This document shows positions 9,301-15,407 of a stretch of DNA of 32,000 bases, piece by piece. Origin of the DNA: Vibrio cholerae ATCC 14035 (GTDB lineage: Bacteria; Pseudomonadota; Gammaproteobacteria; Enterobacterales; Vibrionaceae); assembly GCF_000621645.1 (NCBI RefSeq), contig NZ_JHXR01000009.1, positions 30,001 through 62,000 on the forward strand. Direction: 5' to 3'. Below the pieces are notes generated by a model, which saw nothing but the letters and a program-made list of their open reading frames with translations, did no database searches and was not told where the DNA came from. Within the stretch, counting starts at the first letter, position 1; every line of letters begins with the position of its first letter. The position numbers and the translations under genes are program-made.

Positions 9301-9828
9301 AAGGATGCTGTTGTTACACCAGAAGATGTTATTCCACAGCCAGCAGGTGTCGGGGGAGTAGTTTCTGGTGATTTGATTGATAAACGTATTACAGCGGCTG
9401 AACTTGATAAGTTAAGTTGGCAGCAATTTGAAGCGTTATGTGTAGAATTGCTTGCAAAGATTACGGATAGTGAAAGCGCTTGGTTGACGAACAATGGTGC
9501 TGATCATGGTGCTGATGGTGTACTACTTAATAACAGTGGTAATATTTTGCTTCAGGCTAAGTTTACGCAACGACAATATGATGGTTATAAAGGGATACAG
9601 GAGATTCATTCTGCTAAACCTATTTATGAATCAGCAATGAGAAGTTCTTTTGGGCGTTTGATTTTTGTTACTAATTCACCTTTGTTAGCTAAGCGAACTC
9701 ATGAAATTGCTGCCACATGTGGTATTGAAGTTTTGGGCAGAACACAGCTGTTAACTTACCTTGAAGAATATGACATTACACTGAAAGACATTCTGTCAAG
9801 GTTGGGGAAAGATCGATTAAGAGTTTAA
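6379..9828 (+). CDS. zorD: ZorD: SNF2-family helicase/translocase with a C-terminal Mrr-type restriction-endonuclease domain
   Basis: SNF2 motifs: LADDMGLGKT (K497, 7855-7872), FDEAQNIKN (8260-8271), ATGTPVEN, and QATDRVYRIGQ. The C-terminal ~135 aa match the Mrr_cat pattern (WQQFEALCVELL ... GAD1046GVLL ... LQ1059AK1061F ... IFVTNS). The GTG start overlaps the zorC 3' end by 10 bp. Confidence 0.85.
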   Translation: MELTSLISKFFSSSDKTSQFELICDDSLDFATSRKTLEKIKAGKADEWITAQYVALKMLEEQGDVSSFPDGFIMPADTAVRLDSELRDLFSLPPVWKGVIDADIQGKASTPTFKIDLSVTTKQGRTTLNYTVDGPFIRFSQNEQYLLTPEQLMVFIAHKTHVRSDRSEYDNLLYLHSLQEAQKNGCKLNLKHFERLRILTPNKITVEAELNSQGELILTPNMGQSASHESIQKVLGQLQSDNAVTLKVGDEIVLFSEEKLMAVKEVISNRVIPQQQVKAFLENPTAYIDASLVDLDLGFSIRVHGATVFKHAYFGETDESGIDWFGASPTSDLINPISKLTDRVRDKTTLEDVAKKIEDARQTGATVFDYEGQSYDISDPAAVEKVLNEIGHKISSPNTDLSSYGEAEDAETESEGSEIHVVDIDLNDEELSENSPKVEQLISDISWDGELNWENHKRTPFPHQDIGVRWILGVEQKSLSDSKVSGALLADDMGLGKTFMALSAIEHIYQRQQISGETKKPALIVAPLSLLENWKDEVDKTFKHSPFKDVVILQSSAELNEYRMGGVEIRGQSASDDCLEPKYSLKVGKYFGPSRLDLPERLVITTYQTLRDYQFSMCLIDWGIVVFDEAQNIKNPNALQTRAAKGLKADFKLVATGTPVENSLADFWCLMDTACPGHLGSYQEFRARYISPILKAAGDEVEEIRARLGRELRIAVGALMLRRIKEDNLKGLPLKHMYAGGEFENWKYLEELKSTMVGYQRDVYEGAISHQLENEESHALTTLMRLRDSSLHPRLSDGGRLDIPKNAKSARALYGESGKLVSLLETLDRVRSKQEKCIIFAVNKRLQSFLSVTLGQIYNLGPLSVINGDAKAVAKRKSVPTRKSMISDFEAKEGFNLIVMSPVAAGVGLTVVGANHVVHLERYWNPAKEAQATDRVYRIGQEKEVHIYIPLLHHPEFESFDVNLHRLLTQKTLLKDAVVTPEDVIPQPAGVGGVVSGDLIDKRITAAELDKLSWQQFEALCVELLAKITDSESAWLTNNGADHGADGVLLNNSGNILLQAKFTQRQYDGYKGIQEIHSAKPIYESAMRSSFGRLIFVTNSPLLAKRTHEIAATCGIEVLGRTQLLTYLEEYDITLKDILSRLGKDRLRV

Positions 9829-9958
9829 TTTCGTTGATTAGTTTTGGATGTAATTTAAAATGTATTGTCATATCTAGTCTGAACTAATACAAAAGAATCT
9901 AGCCCAGAGCAAACCACTTTCGCTGAGGGTACTTTCTGAGAGCTGGAGCAGCTCTCGA

Positions 9959-10497
9959 TCAACTGGTCGACAAGATTGTCTGATATGGGCATTCTGTTAT
10001 CCCTTTCAATTGCCTAGTTTCAGTAACAGAAAGGCTGCCTTTGGCGGCCTCTTCTATATGTCCGCTCCACCAGCTCATCATTGGCTTTCTGCGTTCTAAG
10101 TAGTCAGTACGGTTATAGGCGCTACGCACTTGGTTATCATCAACGTGGGCTAGGGCGGCTTCTACTAAATCAGGATTAAAGCCTTGTTCATTGAGTGTGG
10201 TACTCGCTAGCGAGCGTAAACCGTGACTAACTAGCCTTCCAGCAAACCCCATACGTTTCAATGCCATGTTAGCCGTTTGGCTGTTACAGGGCTTTTTCGG
10301 GTCTCTATCCGACGGAAAAATAAAATCTCGATGGCCGCTTATCGGTTTCATTACTTCCAATAGCGCCAGCATCTGCTCTTTGAGCGGAATGCGGTGCTCT
10401 CTTCTTTTTTTCATTCTCTCGCAGGAATGGTTCAAACTTTCTCATCCCAATCAATGTGGTCCCATCGCGCACTAGATGGCCTAGGCATGCTGGTGTG
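9959..10497 (-). pseudogene. Decayed 3' fragment of a second P4-type tyrosine integrase
   Basis: The fragment aligns by eye with the C-terminal ~170 aa of the adjacent intact integrase (HGLRSLASTTLNEQGF / AALAH / AYNRTDYLE). The first ~240 codons are missing. A TGA (10432-10434) sits where the paralog has Trp. A 1-nt deletion near 10420 shifts the frame. The tracked ORF start is only a TTG artefact. Confidence 0.85.
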
Positions 10498-10509
10498 TTA
10501 CTACTTATT

Positions 10510-11745
10510 TTAGGCTTTCAGTAAGTGCAAATATCCAGTACCAGCCACACTGTAACTTCCATAGCTAGATTTTTCGATATGCTCACTCCACCAGCTCATA
10601 AGCTTTCGACGAGAGTCTAAATAGTCGGTACGGTTGTATGCTTTGCGTATTTGGTTTTTGTCAGTATGAGCCAATGCGGCTTCAATGACATCAGGTTCAA
10701 AGCCCTGTTCATTAAGAGTGGTACTTGCCAAAGCACGAAGACCGTGCGCGGTCGTTCTATCCTTAAATCCCATTCTGCCAAGTGCTTTATTAGCGGTTTC
10801 AGAATCGGTGGGTACCTTTGGATTACGGCTAGATGGGAAAATGAATTCTCTATGACCACTGATGGGCTTAATCGCTTCAAGAATAGCCAATGTTTGTGCT
10901 GTCAGTGGGACTACGTGCTCGCGGTTCATCTTCATTCGCTCTTTAGGGATAATCCAAAGCTTATTAACCATGTCGATTTCTTCCCAACGAGCACCAGAGG
11001 CTTCGTTAGGCCGAACCATGGTGTGAAGTTGCCATTCAATTAAAAATCGTGTCACATGCTGGATATTTGCTGTAGCAACGGTGCGTATAAGATCATGCAT
11101 TTCATGTGGTTGCAGGGCTTTCATGTGCACCACTTTGTGTTTTTTAAACACATCACGGATGCCAGCTAATGGGTTAGCATGAATGACACCGCTATTTACC
11201 GCATAGTTCATGATTTCATTCATAAGTTGGGCGGTGCGTTTTACAGTTTCTAGTAATCCTTGAGACTCTATTGGCCGTAATGCAGCGATGGCCATCGGCG
11301 CAGTAAGTTTACTAACGGGTATCGAGCCCAATTTGGGAAAGGCATAAAGTTCAAGTTTTCGCCAATTCCCTTCCAGTGTCTTCTCTTTTATTTGTCCTTC
11401 CTTCGTAGCCTTCCATTGCTCAGCGACAAACTTGAACGTCGCATTTTGTTCAGTAATGGTTTTTGCTTTTTGTTCTTCTTTAGCGAGTTGAGGGTCAATA
11501 CCATCCGCTAACTGCTTGCGAGCCTCAAGGGCTTTCTCTCGAGCTTCCGCCAAAGACATATCGGGATAGGTTCCAAACGAAAGATAAGTGATCTTATCTT
11601 GTCCTGGTCGTTTATAACGGAATTGCCATGAGCGAGAATTGCTTGGACGTACGCAAAAGTAGAGATTGCCGCCATCAGATAAACGATAAAGCTTATCCTT
11701 AGGTTTTGCGGTTTGAATTTGCCTTGCGGTTAGATTATTTGCCAT
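10510..11745 (-). CDS. int: P4-family tyrosine recombinase (island integrase)
   Basis: 411 aa. N-terminal arm-binding (DUF4102-type) segment (LTARQIQTAKPKDKLYRLSDGGNLYFCVRPSNSRSWQFRY). Catalytic Arg (GARWEEID), HGLRALAST, AALAHTD and the Tyr motif AYNRTDY. A GAGGGA Shine-Dalgarno lies 5 nt upstream of the ATG. The gene sits next to the tRNA 3' end. Confidence 0.95.
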   Translation of the reverse strand: MANNLTARQIQTAKPKDKLYRLSDGGNLYFCVRPSNSRSWQFRYKRPGQDKITYLSFGTYPDMSLAEAREKALEARKQLADGIDPQLAKEEQKAKTITEQNATFKFVAEQWKATKEGQIKEKTLEGNWRKLELYAFPKLGSIPVSKLTAPMAIAALRPIESQGLLETVKRTAQLMNEIMNYAVNSGVIHANPLAGIRDVFKKHKVVHMKALQPHEMHDLIRTVATANIQHVTRFLIEWQLHTMVRPNEASGARWEEIDMVNKLWIIPKERMKMNREHVVPLTAQTLAILEAIKPISGHREFIFPSSRNPKVPTDSETANKALGRMGFKDRTTAHGLRALASTTLNEQGFEPDVIEAALAHTDKNQIRKAYNRTDYLDSRRKLMSWWSEHIEKSSYGSYSVAGTGYLHLLKA

Positions 11746-11756
11746 TTCAATCCCTC

Positions 11757-11944
11757 AAGTAATACCTGGCTAGAGCATGAGGACTCCAAAAAATAGGTAT
11801 TACTTTTGGCTAATAACTACTTAATTTACATTAAGTTACAGCCTGCTTTGGTGGGCGGTTTGACCATAAAGTAATACCTGGACTGGTGCTCAAAAGTAAT
11901 ACTAGCACTAGAGTGGGTAGCTGGGTATTACTTTAGGTATTACG
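11757..11944. repeat. Six copies of a GTAATAC core motif (three per orientation) between int and the tRNA; candidate arm-type recombinase or directionality-factor binding sites
   Basis: AAGTAATACCTGG at 11757-11769 and 11869-11881. AAGTAATACT at 11894-11903. Inverted copies AGGTATTACTT at 11795-11805, GGGTATTACTT at 11923-11933 and AGGTATTACG at 11935-11944. Confidence 0.6.
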
Positions 11945-12021
11945 AAAAGCGAACGCTTTTATGATATCTTGTGGAATACTACTAAATAGTAACTATTTGA
12001 TTTTCATGAATTTCAAATAAG

Positions 12022-12046
12022 AAAAAAGACGTCCTAGGACGTCTTT
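12022..12046 (-). terminator. Rho-independent terminator downstream of tRNA-Ser
   Basis: On the minus strand, a perfect hairpin AAAGACGTCC/GGACGTCTTT with no unpaired loop bases (the central CCTAGG is itself palindromic, so the apex must open). It runs directly into a U tract, giving six consecutive T when the three stem T are counted. It lies 12 nt past the tRNA CCA end. Confidence 0.7.
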
Positions 12047-12057
12047 AAACTTGAATG

Positions 12058-12145
12058 TGGCGGTGAGTGAGAGATTCGAACTCTCGATACGTTGCCGTAT
12101 ACACACTTTCCAGGCGTGCTCCTTCAGCCACTCGGACAACTCACC
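12058..12145 (-). tRNA. tRNA-Ser, anticodon GGA (88 nt, long variable arm, encoded CCA)
   Basis: The reverse complement reads GGTGAGTTGTCCGAGTGGCTGAAGGAGCACGCCTGGAAAGTGTGTATACGGCAACGTATCGAGAGTTCGAATCTCTCACTCACCGCCA. The 7-bp acceptor stem is GGTGAGT/ACTCACC. The anticodon loop is CT-GGA-AA. It is near-identical to E. coli serW/serX as I recall them. Confidence 0.97.
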
Positions 12146-12176
12146 GAATCGTTAACCGCTTGGCTAACGAGGCGCT

Positions 12177-12205
12177 AATTTAATGATTCTACTGTGGATG
12201 GTCAA
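12177..12205 (-). promoter_or_regulatory. Candidate sigma70 promoter of tRNA-Ser
   Basis: Minus strand: TTGACC (12205-12200), a 17-nt spacer, TAAATT (12182-12177), then a GC-rich discriminator AGCGCC. This would give a ~25-nt leader before the tRNA 5' end. Confidence 0.5.
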
Positions 12206-12300
12206 GCAGAAATCCGAAAAAAACTCGCGCATTGAGTGCGTTTGCTTACAAAGTAGCTGGAGTGGGCAAAATCACGACAATTGTGCTGGGTTTTCTAGAA

Positions 12301-12326
12301 TAATAAGGCTCCTTGCGGAGCCTTAT
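12301..12326 (-). terminator. Probable terminator hairpin after the RND permease gene
   Basis: 11-bp stem AATAAGGCTCC / GGAGCCTTATT with a 4-nt loop, 31 nt downstream of the stop. The T tract is only partial. Confidence 0.5.
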
Positions 12327-12356
12327 TGGTTGGGAAGGGTGAAATTAACCGCCTGA

Positions 12357-15300
12357 TTATGCTTTGGCGACTTTCACTCTAAACAGCACGGCATAGAAGA
12401 GCGGGATCACGACTAAGGTCAGAATGGTAGCAAACAGCAAACCAAACATAATGGTGACCGCCATACTCTTAAAGAATGGGTCTACCAGCAGAGGCGCTAC
12501 CCCTAAAATCGTGGTGAATGCGCCGAGCAGAACCGGGCGTGCACGGCTCACCGCCGCATCAATGATCGCGAAGTAAGCTTCTTTACCTGCTCGAATTTCC
12601 GCATCCGCTTGGTCAACCAACACAATCGCGTTTTTCACCATCATACCAATCAAGCTTAAAAAGCCGAGGATCGCCATAAACTCGAACGGAGTTTGAAAGG
12701 CGATAAGGCCAATGGTGACACCCACAACGGCAAAGGGTGCGGTCATCCAGATCACGAGTGGCTGACGCAGCGCGTTAAACATAAACACCACCGCGAGAAT
12801 CATCGCCGCAAAGCCATAAGGAGCGGAGAGCGCCAAACCTTCATTGGCGTCTTTCGAGGCTTTGTATTCACCGTACCAAATCAGCTCATAGCCAGCTGGT
12901 AGCTCAATCTGCTCGATTTTTTCGCGCACATTATTGAACGCATCGGCCGTCATCACACCCGGCGCTGGGTCAGCTTGTACCAAGATGGTCGGCATGCGGT
13001 TAATACGGCGCAGTAAGGCATCTTGATAGACAGTATCGACCGAATCCACCAGTTGGCTCACCGGAATGTAACGGCCAGCTTGCGCGCTGAACACTTCACT
13101 GTTTTCAATCGCACGTTCGTGGTGGCGTTCATTTTCTGGTGCGCGAACCATCAACGGGATCAAGTCATTGCCTTCGCGATACACCCCAACATTACGGCCA
13201 TTGAGCGTTTGCGCGATCGCGGCGCTGATTTCTTGCGTGGTTAAGCCAAGGCGCTGTGCTTCTTGTGCGGAATACACGGGTTGCAATACCGGCACTTGTT
13301 GACGCCAGTCATCTTGCACCGCAATCAAGTTCGGGTCGTTATGCATAATTGCTTTGGCTTGTTCGGCCAATTGGCGTAGCACGTGGCTGTCTGGGCCTTT
13401 GAAACCGGCTTCAATTTTCTTGCCGCCGCCGCGACCGAGCATAAACTTCCACACCTTGATTGAGGCATCAGGGTATTTGGCATCCAGCTCATTTTGCAAC
13501 TCGCCTACTAATGGGGCAATTTTGGTGTAGTCATCAATATCAATCAGCAGTTGGCCGTAACTTGGGTTACGCGCCTCGGGTGAGTAGGTCAGCATAAAAC
13601 GCAGGCCACCACCGCCGATGAAACTGGTGATATTGGTAATACCGTCTTTTTGCGTCACGTCTTTCTCAATGCTGGCGACAACCTGTTCGGTGCGGCGAAT
13701 ATCCGAGCCTTGTGGCAAGTACACATCCACCACAAATTGTGGTCGTTGCGACTCTGGCATAAAGCCCGGCGGAATAAACTGAGCGCCCCACACCGCAGCT
13801 ACTAAGGTGCCGAGCAGCATCGCACAGCTGACCACGCGGTGGCTTAACACCCATTGCAGTACGGCTTTATAACCCGTCACCAATTTAGACGGTTTCGCCT
13901 CTTTGGTGGGAGCTTTAACGCGTAGAAAGTCATGGCACAGCATGGGGGTGACGGTCACCGCAAACACCCAACTCAAAAACATCGAGTAGAGGATCACCCA
14001 AAACAGTGAGCCAGCATATTCGCCCATATCGGAAGGGGAGAGGCCAATTGCGCTGAAGGCAAAAATGCCCACCACCGTACCGCCCAGCAGTGGCCATTTT
14101 GTGGCATTGACCACCTCAGAGACCACTTGCTGTTTATCGGCGTTCGGCTCTTGCTGAAACCGCACGAGTACGCCATCGGTAACCACAATCGCGTTATCCA
14201 CCAACATGCCGAGGGCGATGATGAGCGCGCCGAGCGAAATCCGCTGCATGGCGATGTCATCAATCAGCATCACACATAAGGTACCGGCAACGGTAAGCAA
14301 TAGAACAAAACCGATGATGACACCTGAGCGTACGCCCATAAACAGCAAGAGCACGACAAACACGATGGCGACAGCGGCAATCAGGTTATCGATAAAATTG
14401 GCCACCGAAGCGCGCACCGAGTCAGACTGCATCGAAATCACATGCAGATCCATGCCCAGTGGACGCTGGCTTTCAAGTTCAGCCAAGCGTGCTTTGACGG
14501 CATCGCCCATCTCGACCACGTTACCGCCGGTGACATTCGAGATACCAAAGCCAATTGCACGCTGACCGTTATAGCGCATCAGCATCGATGCTGGCTCGGT
14601 GTAGCCACGGCTGATGTTGGCAATATCACCTAGGCGTACCACCGCATTGTTGCTACCGACCGCCACTTGCAAATTAGTCAGGTCAGCCAAGGAGCTGATG
14701 TTGGATTTAGGGATCACCGGAATGCGCATCTGCTGAGCATCGACGCTGCCTGCAACGGTGACTAGGCTCTGCTTTTGTAGCACTTGCAATACGCGTTCAA
14801 CCGAAAGGCCAAATTCCGCCATGCGTTCGCTGGACATCTCGATAAAGATTGCTTCTTGCTGCTCGGCCAGCGTAGCGGCTTTGGCCACACCCGGCACCAG
14901 AACCAGTTCACGGCGTAGCGTATCGACGTAGTCTTGGAGCTGTTTGTCGCTAAAGCCTTCCCCAGTTACCGCATAAAACAGCGCGTACACGTCAGAGAAG
15001 TCATCGTTAACGATTGAAGCGCCGGCACCGGGAGGCAGTTGGCGCTGCGCATCCGCGACTTTACGGCGTAATTTGTCCCATACCTGCTGCAACTGCGCGG
15101 AGGATTTGGCAAATTCGAGTTTGATTTCTACCGTCACTTCAGAGCGGCCTTGCATCGAAACCGATTTGACTTCTTTTAGCTCTTGCAGCGCTTGCACCGC
15201 ACCTTCGATGACATCGGTCACTTCATCGGAAACTTCTTGCGCGGTGGCACCCGGATAAGGCGTCACAATCACCGCTTGGCGAATCACAAACTCAGGGTCT

Positions 15301-15407
15301 TCAAAACGACCCAATTTGAGGTAGCTGATGTAGCCGCCAATCAAGGTTAGGGCTATCAGCACCCAAACGCTGGTGCGTTTGGCAAGGGTATAACGTGCAA
15401 TATCCAT
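12357..15407 (-). CDS. RND (AcrB/HAE1-family) efflux permease
   Basis: 1016 aa with 12-TM RND architecture and two large periplasmic loops. The AcrB-like N-terminus is MDIARYTLAKRTSVWVLIALTLIGGYISYLKLGRFEDPEF. The start overlaps the adaptor stop (TAATG). It is probably one of the V. cholerae Vex pumps, but I cannot say which, so I give no symbol. Confidence 0.95.
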   Translation of the reverse strand: MDIARYTLAKRTSVWVLIALTLIGGYISYLKLGRFEDPEFVIRQAVIVTPYPGATAQEVSDEVTDVIEGAVQALQELKEVKSVSMQGRSEVTVEIKLEFAKSSAQLQQVWDKLRRKVADAQRQLPPGAGASIVNDDFSDVYALFYAVTGEGFSDKQLQDYVDTLRRELVLVPGVAKAATLAEQQEAIFIEMSSERMAEFGLSVERVLQVLQKQSLVTVAGSVDAQQMRIPVIPKSNISSLADLTNLQVAVGSNNAVVRLGDIANISRGYTEPASMLMRYNGQRAIGFGISNVTGGNVVEMGDAVKARLAELESQRPLGMDLHVISMQSDSVRASVANFIDNLIAAVAIVFVVLLLFMGVRSGVIIGFVLLLTVAGTLCVMLIDDIAMQRISLGALIIALGMLVDNAIVVTDGVLVRFQQEPNADKQQVVSEVVNATKWPLLGGTVVGIFAFSAIGLSPSDMGEYAGSLFWVILYSMFLSWVFAVTVTPMLCHDFLRVKAPTKEAKPSKLVTGYKAVLQWVLSHRVVSCAMLLGTLVAAVWGAQFIPPGFMPESQRPQFVVDVYLPQGSDIRRTEQVVASIEKDVTQKDGITNITSFIGGGGLRFMLTYSPEARNPSYGQLLIDIDDYTKIAPLVGELQNELDAKYPDASIKVWKFMLGRGGGKKIEAGFKGPDSHVLRQLAEQAKAIMHNDPNLIAVQDDWRQQVPVLQPVYSAQEAQRLGLTTQEISAAIAQTLNGRNVGVYREGNDLIPLMVRAPENERHHERAIENSEVFSAQAGRYIPVSQLVDSVDTVYQDALLRRINRMPTILVQADPAPGVMTADAFNNVREKIEQIELPAGYELIWYGEYKASKDANEGLALSAPYGFAAMILAVVFMFNALRQPLVIWMTAPFAVVGVTIGLIAFQTPFEFMAILGFLSLIGMMVKNAIVLVDQADAEIRAGKEAYFAIIDAAVSRARPVLLGAFTTILGVAPLLVDPFFKSMAVTIMFGLLFATILTLVVIPLFYAVLFRVKVAKA

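Larger units (their letters stand above)
2093..9828 (+). other. Type I Zorya anti-phage defence operon zorABCD
   Basis: Four co-directional ORFs with 8-, 4- and 10-bp start/stop overlaps. The domain order is MotA-like with a long tail, MotB/OmpA-like, an EH-signature-like protein, then SNF2 plus Mrr nuclease. Confidence 0.85.
1..12057. mobile_element. Integrase-proximal part of a tRNA-Ser-integrated genomic (defence) island; continues beyond the left window edge
   Basis: A P4-type tyrosine integrase abuts the 3' end of tRNA-Ser. The cargo is type I R-M hsdR plus zorABCD. Hand GC counts on single 60-nt lines give about 35% (6421-6480) and 43% (8281-8340) inside the island, against about 52% (13021-13080) in the flanking RND gene. 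The layout resembles published VPI-2 of V. cholerae (tRNA-Ser, P4-like int, type I R-M); this is recalled, not verified. Confidence 0.8.

Noticed and set aside
6432-9494. Several 64-95-aa minus-strand ORFs inside zorD
   Set aside because: They are antisense shadow ORFs within a gene whose SNF2 and Mrr motifs fix the plus-strand frame.
9829-9958. Possible zor operon terminator or att remnant between zorD and the integrase fragment (GAGAGCTG-gag-CAGCTCTC hairpin at 9939-9957; ATTAGTT/AACTAAT arms)
   Set aside because: Neither hairpin is followed by a T tract on either strand. I found no match to the tRNA-Ser 3' segment. This is not enough to call a terminator or an att site.
10266-11043. Plus-strand ORFs 10266-10475 and 10651-11043, and minus-strand ORF 10617-10880, in the integrase region
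   Set aside because: They overlap the integrase or the integrase pseudogene in other frames. The integrase frame is fixed by catalytic motifs.
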